Below, piece by piece: positions 1 through 9,699 of a stretch of DNA of 64,000 nt (the first letter of the stretch is position 1; every line of letters begins with the position of its first letter). The position numbers and the translations under genes were made by a program. The notes beneath the pieces are model-generated. The model searched no databases. It was not told where the DNA came from and saw only the letters and a program-made list of their open reading frames with translations. This DNA comes from a virus: IMG/VR virus record IMGVR_UViG_3300027967_000093, one strand, 5' to 3'.

Positions 1-28
1 TCGCATCGAATAGTTGTACTTCTGCCAT
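1..28 (-). CDS. 5' end of a gene running off the left edge (MAEVQLFDA...); by position a candidate tape measure/hub protein
   Basis: ATG at 28-26, 6 nt after the stop of the gp51-like ORF. Identity is inferred from position only. Confidence 0.4.
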
Positions 29-34
29 TTTAGT

Positions 35-235
35 TTATCCGTGATTCATTTGTTCTTGTTTTATACGGTCGTTTTCTTCCTTCACATAATCAATTAACAT
101 ACTAACGTAAATCTCCCTTTCCCACGGCATCATCATGTCTAGTTCTGTCAGACTGTAATGATGATGTTGCATTAACGAAAAATTGGTCTTATAATGATTG
201 ACCAAATTATCGTGAGAAAGGTTTATGATAAAAAA
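35..235 (-). CDS. gp51-like baseplate hub assembly ORF, probably expressed as a -1 frameshift extension of the gp26-like gene (internal ATG at 172 gives a 45-aa version)
   Basis: Open frame 235->35, not in the ORF track: FFIINLSHDNLVNHYKTNFSLMQHHHYSLTELDMMMPWEREIYVSMLIDYVKEENDRIKQEQMNHG*. The MQHH..SL.EL..MMPWERE.Y motif is typical of T4-like gp51 annotations. Confidence 0.8.
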   Translation of the reverse strand, partial: FFIINLSHDNLVNHYKTNFSLMQHHHYSLTELDMMMPWEREIYVSMLIDYVKEENDRIKQEQMNHG

Positions 236-939
236 TCGCTAATCCCTTTCAAGGTTGTTGAGTTCGGGTGATTACACTTCTCGCAGTCAAACTCCACATC
301 TTTATTCAGTGAAGGCATGTCCTGCAAGAACTCTGACACCTTTTTAAACTGGTCGGTCGTCATCTGTTCGATGAAGTCCATAAGTTCTTCTTTCTTAACA
401 TCCCGTGTGTCGATACGTTCATCTTCAGTAAGGATGGCTGCAATTGATTGACCTAACATTTCAAAACCAAGTTCGGTTTCATTACCTTCTAAGTCCATAC
501 CAATAACTGTTGCGTATGTCGGGTACTTCATCTCCACACTAATACTCGGAGTCAATTCAATGATGTTAGAGACCTCCGGAATATCAACGTGAATCTCTGA
601 TAGTACGATGTCATTCTCGTTCTTGTGTCCGCACCCACTGCATGGGATAAGAATAGTTGCGACTTCACCTACTGACTTCGAACGTACCTGAGTGAATAGG
701 AACTCGATATCAAAGGTACTAAATTCTTTAATGTTGATATCTTCGGTGATACATGCCTGTAGGGTATCTACAATCGCACCCAGTGCTGCCTTTTGGTCAC
801 CTGTTTCAAACGCAATCATCAACACCTTTTCTTCTTTCACCAAGTACGGACGGTAGGTGACTGTTTCACCTGTCGAAGGTACTTTGGTACTATAACTCGG
901 TGCTGAATTTAACTTAGGTAATGCCATGATATTCTCCAA
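223..939 (-). CDS. gp26-like baseplate hub assembly protein / tail assembly chaperone
   Basis: MALPKL..P.Y...VPSTGETVTYRPYLVKEEKVL N-terminus, RSKSVGE motif, two CxxC motifs, C-terminal L.G..DF. Confidence 0.85.
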   Translation of the reverse strand: MENIMALPKLNSAPSYSTKVPSTGETVTYRPYLVKEEKVLMIAFETGDQKAALGAIVDTLQACITEDINIKEFSTFDIEFLFTQVRSKSVGEVATILIPCSGCGHKNENDIVLSEIHVDIPEVSNIIELTPSISVEMKYPTYATVIGMDLEGNETELGFEMLGQSIAAILTEDERIDTRDVKKEELMDFIEQMTTDQFKKVSEFLQDMPSLNKDVEFDCEKCNHPNSTTLKGISDFLS

Positions 940-942
940 TAA

Positions 943-1680
943 TTAACTTAATAAATTTCCAAGTAATCCTGCACCCGTTCCAAGAATAGAACGAGCGGTG
1001 GATTCATTTTGGTTTGTAAACTTCCCAACTTCACTTTCCCAATCGGTGAATGATAATTGTACTGTCAACTCCATCAAACCTTCTTGTGCATTACCCAACG
1101 CTTGGTCATTCAATGTGGTCGGATAACACTCTTGTAATCTACAAGTAAAGGTTTTCTGTTTGTCGATTTGTCCACCGAAGTCTATCTCACCTTGAGATAA
1201 ATCCACCGGCCCCAAATCTGGGAGTCTGTTCTTAATAAAACTCGGAACTTTGTCCAAGAATTTTAGTTGTTTCTTATATACCCCAAATCTAATTCCACGT
1301 TCTACTGTGGAGATTGTTACAGGATATGTATACTCATCGAAATAACCGACTTCTTTGGTGACAGGGTTATGCGCCTCTGCTTGCCATGCTTCGAAGTACT
1401 GACGAACTATGTGGTTATTTGCGACTAAGAAAGTGAGAGATATGTCAGTAGTCGCAAAACCACTCGCAATCTTACGCATGGTCGTTCCTATCTGATAGTC
1501 CTGAGACATTATCTGTCGGCCAGGAAGTGCAGCAGTAGTACACATTAGGTTCAACTCATTTGCATCTACCTGATATGTTCTTAACTGGGGCAACTGAATC
1601 ATAAACTGATTCGCCATTGCCATACCACCTGACTGCGATAACTGAGACTTTAAGTCTTCTATTCCGAACCCTGCACTCAT
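943..1680 (-). CDS. Tail tube-like protein (gp19/gp54 family, tube initiator)
   Basis: GG.A..N.F, LMC..A.LPGR, YFEAWQ and L.ECYP...LTV.LSF..W motifs of the tube-protein fold. Confidence 0.75.
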   Translation of the reverse strand: MSAGFGIEDLKSQLSQSGGMAMANQFMIQLPQLRTYQVDANELNLMCTTAALPGRQIMSQDYQIGTTMRKIASGFATTDISLTFLVANNHIVRQYFEAWQAEAHNPVTKEVGYFDEYTYPVTISTVERGIRFGVYKKQLKFLDKVPSFIKNRLPDLGPVDLSQGEIDFGGQIDKQKTFTCRLQECYPTTLNDQALGNAQEGLMELTVQLSFTDWESEVGKFTNQNESTARSILGTGAGLLGNLLS

Positions 1681-2261
1681 CGTATCATGTTCCTACTGTC
1701 GTAATAAACTTTATAATTGTTTGCCTTGCGGAACTGTGCGGTTGGTAGGAATACTGCAATCTCCCACTCGGGTGCTGGCACTTCTGCAAAACTACTTTGT
1801 ACCTGACTAGAGAGGTAGTGTTTGATACATGGTTTAAAGTATCGTAACTTTGAACTCTTCTGCAACATACGATACGTCAGAGCAAACTTCGCATCTTCGG
1901 TCATCTTACTACCCTGTATATCCATCAAGTTTGAGAAGAATTGTAATCTCAATCTAGGAGGTAGGTAGTGTAGATTCAATCCTAAGAATCCACCCTTCGC
2001 AGGGCCAATCACAATAACCAAAGGAAACGCATCGTAGTACGGTAGTTTGTCTTTATGTTTCGGGTCGTAAGAGAACATGTACATACCACCAATAACCTGT
2101 GTCTTCCGATTCTTGATGGGGTCTTCTTTCATTAGTTTATCGCGGTCAATCGAACGCATGTTCTTTGCTTTCGCTTGGAACCATTTACGTGACTCTTCGG
2201 TGCGTGGTGTAATACCCGCACGGAATGCCTGTCGTTCTAACCTGTTAAAGATGTCTGACAT
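1677..2261 (-). CDS. gp2: DNA end protector protein (T4 gp2-like)
   Basis: MYMFSYDPKHKDKLPYYDAFPLV, GFLGLNLHYLPP and KPCIKHYL motifs. Confidence 0.9.
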   Translation of the reverse strand: MSDIFNRLERQAFRAGITPRTEESRKWFQAKAKNMRSIDRDKLMKEDPIKNRKTQVIGGMYMFSYDPKHKDKLPYYDAFPLVIVIGPAKGGFLGLNLHYLPPRLRLQFFSNLMDIQGSKMTEDAKFALTYRMLQKSSKLRYFKPCIKHYLSSQVQSSFAEVPAPEWEIAVFLPTAQFRKANNYKVYYDSRNMIR

Positions 2262-2286
2262 CTACCTTCCTCTAATTCTCTTCCTT

Positions 2287-2294
2287 TATTTATA
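2287..2294 (-). promoter_or_regulatory. T4-type late promoter TATAAATA upstream of gp2
   Basis: Exact TATAAATA on the minus strand about 25 nt upstream of the gp2 ATG. gp55 is present in the window. Confidence 0.8.
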
Positions 2295-2871
2295 ATGTTT
2301 TTCCAACGTGTCCCCAATGTTTTTCGTTGAGGAAAAAGTCGGGTTTAAGGAAGTTGATGAAGGTTTCAATCGAATCCTTTTCAATATCATACTGTAGGAA
2401 TTTATCGTTGTTTTTAAAATAACTTAATACATTACTATGGTGTTCGTCTCGGTCTTTCTCGAACCAATCTATCATTTCATCATCGTTCAGACCCCAGTAT
2501 TGTTTGCACCGTTCAATATATGCGCCTTTCTTATGTCTTTTCTTACTCAATAACCAGTCATACATGTTTCTTGTTTGTAAAATAAAATATGCATCTGGAT
2601 ACTCTTGGTGAAGTTCACGGTAGAACTTGACACCATCAATCCACATATTCTCTCGGTGCCAGAACATATCACTGTATGCATGTGCATCGTCCATCTTGTG
2701 GAGTATGGGGTAGAAGTTATTGACATTCTCTAACATTTGGTCTGCAAGTATTACTGCCCGTCCATCCCATGCACAACTGTAGTGATGAGAGACATAACCA
2801 GACTTCTTGAACAACTGGTGAAATGATTTGGTGGCACACCTGTTCATACCGATAAAAAAGACTTTCTTCAC
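2290..2871 (-). CDS. Sulfotransferase-family (P-loop) protein
   Basis: N-terminal KVFFIGMNRCATKSFHQLF resembles the PAPS 5'-PSB loop. YPDAYFILQTR..DWLLS matches the 3'-PB region. Confidence 0.7.
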   Translation of the reverse strand: MKKVFFIGMNRCATKSFHQLFKKSGYVSHHYSCAWDGRAVILADQMLENVNNFYPILHKMDDAHAYSDMFWHRENMWIDGVKFYRELHQEYPDAYFILQTRNMYDWLLSKKRHKKGAYIERCKQYWGLNDDEMIDWFEKDRDEHHSNVLSYFKNNDKFLQYDIEKDSIETFINFLKPDFFLNEKHWGHVGKTL

Positions 2872-3377
2872 TTCTTAGGTTTCCTGTAGGGTTTCATTTT
2901 CTTCAAGGGTTTAAATTGTTTTTTACCGAGTGGCTTCGGAAGTATTCCTAGACTTCTTAATTCTTTTTCTGTCCATATCTCGAAGTGCCATCCTCGGTCT
3001 GCAACATACTTCTCGGTTGCATTCCATTTACTCATGTTCTTTATATAGGTCATTGTTTCGGTAAGTACTTGTCGTCTCGGTCTACCAACACCGGACTTAG
3101 GTTTTACCGTTTCTTTGTGTGGTTTGACCTCAATCAATACAGTACGGCCGTCTTTGTACTTGACCATAAAATCCATAAAGTATCTGTGTGGTCTTTTGTC
3201 TGTCTCGCATATATAAGGTATAACAATCTCTTCACTAACCCAACCAACAACATTAGGGTTGTCGTCTAAGTATATACAGACCGACCTTTCCCACCCCGAA
3301 CGATATACAACATTCTTGGGGTCACCAAGATACTTGGATTCATTCCTAACTTTGTATTTTCCTTTGTAAGTTTTCAT
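2868..3377 (-). CDS. gp4: Head completion nuclease (T4 gp4-like, TnsA-type fold)
   Basis: MKTYKGKY..N..KY.GDP..VVYRSGWE, HRYFMDF and LIEVKP motifs. The true start is the ATG at 3377; the track's extension to 3599 overlaps gp48 antisense. Confidence 0.9.
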   Translation of the reverse strand: MKTYKGKYKVRNESKYLGDPKNVVYRSGWERSVCIYLDDNPNVVGWVSEEIVIPYICETDKRPHRYFMDFMVKYKDGRTVLIEVKPHKETVKPKSGVGRPRRQVLTETMTYIKNMSKWNATEKYVADRGWHFEIWTEKELRSLGILPKPLGKKQFKPLKKMKPYRKPKK

Positions 3378-3384
3378 ATAAATA
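3377..3384 (+). promoter_or_regulatory. Late promoter TATAAATA driving the gp48 baseplate operon
   Basis: Exact consensus 38 nt upstream of ATG 3423. Confidence 0.8.
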
Positions 3385-3403
3385 GTTCTAAAGAATTTAC
3401 ACC

Positions 3404-3411
3404 TATTTATG
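3404..3411 (-). promoter_or_regulatory. Late promoter variant CATAAATA driving gp4 leftward
   Basis: CATAAATA on the minus strand 26 nt upstream of the gp4 ATG. Confidence 0.65.
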
Positions 3412-3422
3412 GACTTAGTTAA

Positions 3423-4445
3423 ATGGCAGAACAAAAGAAAGAACCCGTACAGTTTCGATACCCTATAGACAACAGCGAATATAGAGCATGTGTCGTTTTC
3501 TCTCTGTTTACCCAAGAACCAACGGACGATGCTACCCAAGAAAATTATGGTGCACGTGTCGCAAGTGGTGAGAAGGATGTCGAAGCACTGAGGAAACAAT
3601 ACAATCAGTTGTTAGCTGACATTAGGGCATCGGGTAAGTCCGAGTCTGAATTCAAAGAAAAGAGAGATGCGCTTATTGCACAGATTCGGGAACTTGAGAA
3701 CAGTATTACTGTATGGAAGGGTCTTGACGCATCTAGTGCAAAGGGTAAGTCCATTAACATCTCTGGAAATAGTGTAAGATTGTATATGCCTCTTGGTCTC
3801 GCATTCCGTGATAACGTAACCTACGAGAACTTTGACCTTGGTGCAACTGGTGCTGCGATGGAAGCAGGTTCCAGTTTTGCACAGTCCATGGTGAAAGGGG
3901 TAGGTTCTTTTGTTCAGGGTATTACTGGTTCGTCTGGTGCAGATGTTGCAAAACTTGCAGGTATTCAAGTTGCGTCTAAGTTTGGTAGTTTCGCAGATGA
4001 AGCAGTTGCTGCACAAAAGATTGTTGGGGGTGTGACACTTAATCCTAACTCACGTACTCTTTTCAAACAACCTAATATACGTGACTTCTCTTTCTCGTTC
4101 AAGATGATTGCAAAGTCCCCCGAAGAGGCCGCGATGATAAATGATATCGTTAAGTTTCTTCGTACCGAACTGTATCCAGATGAAATTAGTGTGGAAGTGG
4201 GTGGTACATCACTATCACTAGGTTACAGGTTCCCCAACAAATTTAATATCGAATTTGATTATAAGGGTGACCCAATTAAGGGGTTGGCAAAAATACAACC
4301 GTGTTATTTGCGTGAAGTATCCACCACCTATAATGCCACTAATATGGCAATGCACTCTGACGGTAACTTCATGGAGGTAGACATGAACCTGTCATTCCAA
4401 GAAACCAGAGCGCTTACCCGCAAGAAAATTGAGGAAGGTTTTTAA
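3423..4445 (+). CDS. gp48: Baseplate tail tube cap (gp48-like)
   Basis: VRLYMP, NPN...LFK.P..R.FSFSFKM.AKS..EA, and C-terminal PCYL..V...Y and L.FQE motifs. Confidence 0.85.
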   Translation: MAEQKKEPVQFRYPIDNSEYRACVVFSLFTQEPTDDATQENYGARVASGEKDVEALRKQYNQLLADIRASGKSESEFKEKRDALIAQIRELENSITVWKGLDASSAKGKSINISGNSVRLYMPLGLAFRDNVTYENFDLGATGAAMEAGSSFAQSMVKGVGSFVQGITGSSGADVAKLAGIQVASKFGSFADEAVAAQKIVGGVTLNPNSRTLFKQPNIRDFSFSFKMIAKSPEEAAMINDIVKFLRTELYPDEISVEVGGTSLSLGYRFPNKFNIEFDYKGDPIKGLAKIQPCYLREVSTTYNATNMAMHSDGNFMEVDMNLSFQETRALTRKKIEEGF

Positions 4446-5509
4446 TGTCGTACTTTAAGAATTTCAATCCTGCACTGTATAAGTTTGGTAACGAGACATC
4501 ATACTCGTTAACTACCAACCTGACACAGTACGTAGACCTGATTGACGAAATCAAATCGCAGTCCTTGTTTCTGGATGACTACACGATACCTGTCAACGAA
4601 CGACCAGACCAGACATCATTTCGTTTATACGGTACGACCGATTACTACTGGACATTCTTCTTAGTCAATGACCATATCCGAGAGAACGGATGGCCACTGA
4701 CACTTAACGAAGTAGATACTGCGGCACGTAAAAGATATCCTCATCGTATGGTCACCGTCCAACTACAACAGGCAGATGTAATTGATTATTATGATGATGA
4801 CAATCTTCCTATCTTTCGTACTAAGATTGTAGGTACTGCACCTGACCAGTTTGCTGTAGGTACTACCGTGACAGGTAACGTCTCTGGTACACGTGGTATC
4901 ATAATCAAACGTGACCTATCACTAGGCACTTTTGTTATCGACACTGAAAATGTAGTAACTAGGTCTGAGGTCACCGACCAAGTTGTGGTACCTAACTCTA
5001 ATGGCATACTTGAACTTACACGTACAGATATACTAGAGGCAGAGACATTTACCAGTCCTTTGTTGTGGACATTAATTAAAGATGGACAATCAATCAATGG
5101 GTACACTGTAGAGGTCGACTCATTCGGTAGAACCGCAACAATATCTAACATACCATTTGACCCCAATTCGACTTATGCATTGACATACTTTATTAACACT
5201 AAGAACTTGACTGACGGTACATTCACCGCAGGAGAAGAGTTATCATATACCAATCCTGCCGGTACATCTACCTCTATGGTTGTGTACGGAGAGATGCCTC
5301 AGTACTTGGGTACCCATCACTACGAGGATTCTGATGGTAACTGGATTGACATTAATCCTTTATCTCAGGTCAAACCTTCTGGTGCTGTTGAAGTTACCAT
5401 GAAAGATTACCTCAATACGAAGAATGAGTTACTAAGACAAATCAAGTTAATTAAACCTAGTGCAATTAAAGGTATAGTCAACGATTTCGCTGAATTAATG
5501 AGAGAGTAA
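4445..5509 (+). CDS. gp53: Baseplate wedge subunit (gp53-like) with an internal insertion
   Basis: MSYFKNF, ERPDQ.S..LYG...YYW.FFL.N (LysM-like), HHYED and C-terminal N...RQIKLIKP. Confidence 0.85.
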   Translation: MSYFKNFNPALYKFGNETSYSLTTNLTQYVDLIDEIKSQSLFLDDYTIPVNERPDQTSFRLYGTTDYYWTFFLVNDHIRENGWPLTLNEVDTAARKRYPHRMVTVQLQQADVIDYYDDDNLPIFRTKIVGTAPDQFAVGTTVTGNVSGTRGIIIKRDLSLGTFVIDTENVVTRSEVTDQVVVPNSNGILELTRTDILEAETFTSPLLWTLIKDGQSINGYTVEVDSFGRTATISNIPFDPNSTYALTYFINTKNLTDGTFTAGEELSYTNPAGTSTSMVVYGEMPQYLGTHHYEDSDGNWIDINPLSQVKPSGAVEVTMKDYLNTKNELLRQIKLIKPSAIKGIVNDFAELMRE

Positions 5510-6864
5510 TGCAAAGACAACAACAGTTTAAATACCAAGTTGCGAACATCACATCGGACAGGTCTGACCTTATTACAGACATCCGGTCGTTGATTATCGA
5601 ACTTGTATTCTTTGAGTCACTGGACAAACCGTATGTGACGGGTCAGATTGCTATCTCTGATGACCAAGCCGTATTTGACTCTATGGGATTCTCGGGTACC
5701 GAACGACTCCATATCAAAATGTTAACTGAGTTGGGTTCTTCCGAAGCAGAGCAGGTCGTGATGGATAGGTCGTTTTTGTTAACAGGTATCGAGACAATTA
5801 TTAAATCCTCTAACTCCGGTGGTTCGTCTATCTATGTATTCTCGTTCATGGATGAACATGCACTTGTTTCTAAAACGAAGTCTATCTCACGTGCGATACG
5901 TGACAATATTAGTACTGAGATTTTAAAACTATGTCAGAACGAAGTAGGTAAGTCAGTAGACCTATCCTATGCAAATGATTCTATCCAGAATAACTTCAAG
6001 GGTGTCATACCTTATATGCGTCCTCTCGAGGCTGCATCGTGGTTAACCCAAAAGGCAACTACCGAATTAGGTATGCCATTTTTCTTGTATGCATCTATCC
6101 ATGACCAGAACCTAAGACTAGGTAGTTTAGATAAGATGTTACAACAACCTGCATGGAACAGAGAGATTCCTTTCTTATTCTCTCCTGCAAATACACAGAA
6201 ACAAGAAGAAGACGGTGACCCGACTGCACAGTACTTCCAAGTACAGTCAATGAAGTCAACCAAACTACAGAACACTATGCAACAATTGATGTCGGGTGGT
6301 ATTGGTTCTTTATATACGGTCACTGATATTGCAAGTGGTCGAACAACTGCACAACACTTCAGTCTTGATAACCTGTTAGAAAAGGCAGACGATAACGGTG
6401 CGATTAATAAGTCTAAACAAAACATATATGATGATGCATACCGAACACCTGATTACGAAGAAGTGAATATTAGTGGGAACCATCTTCATGATACAAATGC
6501 AGAGGTATTCCACACCATAGTATCGCGTGGGGTATATGGTGACCGTAAGAGTATTAGCGAAGAAACCACTCCATCGATGTATCTCAAGAAGATTGAGAAT
6601 CTTGCACTTAGAAATGCGGTGTTCAAAAACATGATTGATGTGACAGTGCCTGGGCCAGGATTCATTAAGTCCGGTGGTACCGTAGGTGATAAGATTCGTA
6701 TCAATGTTCTGTCTGACGACAATGACCCTGATACTGACAACAATCTTGACAAACTTAGAAGTGGTGACTTCCTTGTTTATAATACAAGACATACATTTAA
6801 AGACACTCGTCATGATGTTGCAATGACTGTATTCAAATTAGAGAGAGGGCCGAACGTTGATTAA
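5509..6864 (+). CDS. Baseplate hub protein (gp27-like)
   Basis: Lies between gp53 and gp5. Has FESLDKPYVTG.I.I.D and a C-terminal SGDFLV...RHTF typical of hub proteins. Confidence 0.6.
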   Translation: MQRQQQFKYQVANITSDRSDLITDIRSLIIELVFFESLDKPYVTGQIAISDDQAVFDSMGFSGTERLHIKMLTELGSSEAEQVVMDRSFLLTGIETIIKSSNSGGSSIYVFSFMDEHALVSKTKSISRAIRDNISTEILKLCQNEVGKSVDLSYANDSIQNNFKGVIPYMRPLEAASWLTQKATTELGMPFFLYASIHDQNLRLGSLDKMLQQPAWNREIPFLFSPANTQKQEEDGDPTAQYFQVQSMKSTKLQNTMQQLMSGGIGSLYTVTDIASGRTTAQHFSLDNLLEKADDNGAINKSKQNIYDDAYRTPDYEEVNISGNHLHDTNAEVFHTIVSRGVYGDRKSISEETTPSMYLKKIENLALRNAVFKNMIDVTVPGPGFIKSGGTVGDKIRINVLSDDNDPDTDNNLDKLRSGDFLVYNTRHTFKDTRHDVAMTVFKLERGPNVD

Positions 6865-7726
6865 GTATTACGGTGATAATGTTCGTTGGTTTGTCGCAGA
6901 TGTTATTGATGCGTCCCCTCCGTTCGGACTAGAAGGTCGGGTACGTGTGCGCGTACACGGGGTACACAATCCCTCTACCAGACAGATAAGACAGAATGAC
7001 CTACCATGGGCACAGGTAGTATTACCATCGACCGAAGGTGGTGTATCTGGTATAGGTTCTACACCAAATTTAGAAGCGGGTGCACTGGTATTTGGTTTCT
7101 TCATGGACGGAAAAGAATCTCAGGTTCCTTTGGTGTTGGGTTCATTACCTCGTACCGAGTATCCGACTCCGGTTCAACAGTCCCTTGCATACAACGACTT
7201 GATAGAACGAGTAAATCCTGACGTAGAGTTCTACAACCAGTCGATAGGTTCTATCGATGAAAAAGATATTGCACTACAAAACGAATTGCGTGATACCGTT
7301 CCGTCTGGTGCGACTACCTTATATCGAAAAGATATTGCAGTTAAGTTCTTTCTATCCAACGGATATACAATTAAACAGGCATGTGCGATTGTTGGGTGTA
7401 TAACACGAACTAACCATACACTAGAGACTTCTCGTGAGAATAATGGTGGTACTGGTCTGGTTGGTTGGAGTGGTATTAGATTCACTCGACTTAAACAGTT
7501 CAATAGTAACTGGTGGCACTTCTCGGTACAACTTGCGTTTATTATGTTTGAACTAAATACTACTCATGTTGATGCGAACATACGTATCCTTAACTCTGAT
7601 GTTGTCGACCCTGCAAAGGGTAAGGCACTAGGTGATATCCTCGGACGATATTATGCACCTGTCCAAGACGATTACAACGGTGAGGTAAAGAGAATTTACG
7701 AACTGTACGCAAATAAAAAGGTTTAG
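6857..7726 (+). CDS. gp5 N-terminal OB-fold domain fused to a degenerate phage tail lysozyme-2-like domain
   Basis: GRVRVRVHGVH..DLPWAQV..P..GALVFGFFMDG..Q.P.VLGS is the gp5 OB domain. The C-terminal GYT..QA.AIVG...G.GL.GW...R..RL..F....QL.FI..EL resembles lysozyme-2. Confidence 0.8.
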   Translation: MIKYYGDNVRWFVADVIDASPPFGLEGRVRVRVHGVHNPSTRQIRQNDLPWAQVVLPSTEGGVSGIGSTPNLEAGALVFGFFMDGKESQVPLVLGSLPRTEYPTPVQQSLAYNDLIERVNPDVEFYNQSIGSIDEKDIALQNELRDTVPSGATTLYRKDIAVKFFLSNGYTIKQACAIVGCITRTNHTLETSRENNGGTGLVGWSGIRFTRLKQFNSNWWHFSVQLAFIMFELNTTHVDANIRILNSDVVDPAKGKALGDILGRYYAPVQDDYNGEVKRIYELYANKKV

Positions 7727-7728
7727 AG

Positions 7729-9699
7729 ATGTCACAAGATATTAACACATTAAATTCTTACTTGAAAGCAAAGACATCTGATGGTGATGCAAAGTCTGTT
7801 GTATCGGTAACTGCGAAACAAGCAAATGACGGATTCATTGCTGACGTATCTACCCTTATGGGCGCGAATACCATTGGTGGTTACATAAACGGATATCAAA
7901 GTCTTGCAAACAATGACATAATGACTGCGAGTGGAGGAGTAAACGCTGCGGGTGTTCCGGTATTATTGTCTAATGCTGCATTCGATATGCCAAGTTCTAA
8001 TCCAAATCTATTCTTTGTTGATGTGTCTGCGGGAACCTTTACGGTCATTGACTCTGCCGGTGCAATCCAAATACTAGTGAATGATAGTGCGGGAGCACCA
8101 ATAGAAGACAGTGCGGGTAATCCTATCACTGTACCATCATTCGAAGTTCCTTCACTCAATGTTACTTCGATTGGTACTGATGCAGTTGCAACACTCAACG
8201 AAACAATTGGTTCACTTACAGGTATCACTCCTCCGACCGAAGCAATCACTATTGTGTCGTTGGGTGGTGGTGCAGTGAGTCAATTGACAGGTGCAATCAA
8301 AGAGGCAACCGAACGAAAGTCATCTCTCCTATCATCAATCAAAGAGACTGCGGCCGCCACTTCTGTTGAGGGTTTGGGTGAATCTGTTACGTCTGGAATA
8401 GATGACGTGAAAGGTCAGATGGACGAGGTTGTAAACTCATCAACACTTACCCAAGACGTGATGAATTCGGTATCTGCGGTAGAAGGTTTGGCAGGTGATG
8501 TTGCTGCCGAGATTGCAACTGCAACAGACTCTCTGGTCGGTGCATTAGAATCAACTATCGGTGAAGTAACTTCTGCGATTGAAGATGGATTCAATGATGT
8601 TATTGGGAATGTTACGGGTGCGGTAGGTGACCTTGTGGGTGGTATTATTCCTGACATCCAAACGGATTTCGGTTTCGCACAAAATCTATTCGAAGACTTG
8701 ACAGGTGCGGTAGGTTCTACTCTACAGGGTATATTCGGTTCGACCACCACACTTGACAAAAGATTTCTTTCTGGTATACTGAATGATGTGTTGCAAGGAG
8801 GTGATATAAATCTCACCAAGGCAGCGAAGGCATTATCACTAAGAGACACTACTCTCAGTCCTGCGATGCGTGAAGTGATTCAAACCACTGACGCAGAATC
8901 TATTCAGGATTTTGATAAGACTGTTGCGTCTCGTGCGGCTGCGCGGGGAGTACCTCAGGCAGAGATTGATAAATTTAAGTCAAAGACCGCTGAGATTGAG
9001 ACTGCGTTAAGTAAGGTAGATACAACTATCTCTGGTACCATCGTATCCGAGGTTGGTGAATTCTATGTGGAAGACAAAGACCTTGCTGAACTGGTTAAGA
9101 GATACCTTGGCGCAGAAACCGAAGACTTCGAGTTTGTTGATTCCAAGGAAGAACTTGGACTAGAGTTCCGTAAAATAACTCGTTCCGTCAGTGAAGTTAT
9201 TGTACATGCGACCGAGACTTACACTAATGCAAACATTGGTTCCGAAGAGATTCACCTCAGACATAACGAGGCAGGTCATGACGGTATCCAATATCATTAT
9301 GTCATTAGACGTGACGGTAGACTACAACGTGGTATGCCAATCGATAATATCAGTGATGCGTCTCAGATATTGGGTCACAATATAAATTGTATTGATGTTG
9401 CACTAGTGGGTGGGGTGAACGTACCGAGTGATGCAGATAACCCTCTGTTGAACCTCTCGTCAAGTTCATTCACTCAGACACAGATGAAGACTCTAGAAGC
9501 ACTATTGGAAGTGTTCTATCGCAGCCAACCAGGCGGTCAAGTACTTGGACATAATGCAATTGACATTAACTCTCAAGACCCATACTTCGATGTTATCACT
9601 TTTGTTGAGAACAAGTTTGGTAAGAAGAGTGTGTACAAAGACCCATTGACCGAACAATCCATATCCGCGAAAGACTTGATTAGTAAGAGACCAGTATGA
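7729..9699 (+). CDS. Virion-associated N-acetylmuramoyl-L-alanine amidase (Amidase_2/T7 lysozyme-like C-terminus) on a long low-complexity helical stalk
   Basis: VIVHATET, GIQYHYVIRRDG.LQRG, GHN.N.I.VALVGG and VLGHN...DPYFDV motifs. Confidence 0.8.
   Translation: MSQDINTLNSYLKAKTSDGDAKSVVSVTAKQANDGFIADVSTLMGANTIGGYINGYQSLANNDIMTASGGVNAAGVPVLLSNAAFDMPSSNPNLFFVDVSAGTFTVIDSAGAIQILVNDSAGAPIEDSAGNPITVPSFEVPSLNVTSIGTDAVATLNETIGSLTGITPPTEAITIVSLGGGAVSQLTGAIKEATERKSSLLSSIKETAAATSVEGLGESVTSGIDDVKGQMDEVVNSSTLTQDVMNSVSAVEGLAGDVAAEIATATDSLVGALESTIGEVTSAIEDGFNDVIGNVTGAVGDLVGGIIPDIQTDFGFAQNLFEDLTGAVGSTLQGIFGSTTTLDKRFLSGILNDVLQGGDINLTKAAKALSLRDTTLSPAMREVIQTTDAESIQDFDKTVASRAAARGVPQAEIDKFKSKTAEIETALSKVDTTISGTIVSEVGEFYVEDKDLAELVKRYLGAETEDFEFVDSKEELGLEFRKITRSVSEVIVHATETYTNANIGSEEIHLRHNEAGHDGIQYHYVIRRDGRLQRGMPIDNISDASQILGHNINCIDVALVGGVNVPSDADNPLLNLSSSSFTQTQMKTLEALLEVFYRSQPGGQVLGHNAIDINSQDPYFDVITFVENKFGKKSVYKDPLTEQSISAKDLISKRPV

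Noticed and set aside
3378-3599. N-terminal extension of gp4 given in the ORF track
   Set aside because: It overlaps gp48 antisense and lies upstream of the late promoter. Homology starts at MKTYKGKY (3377).
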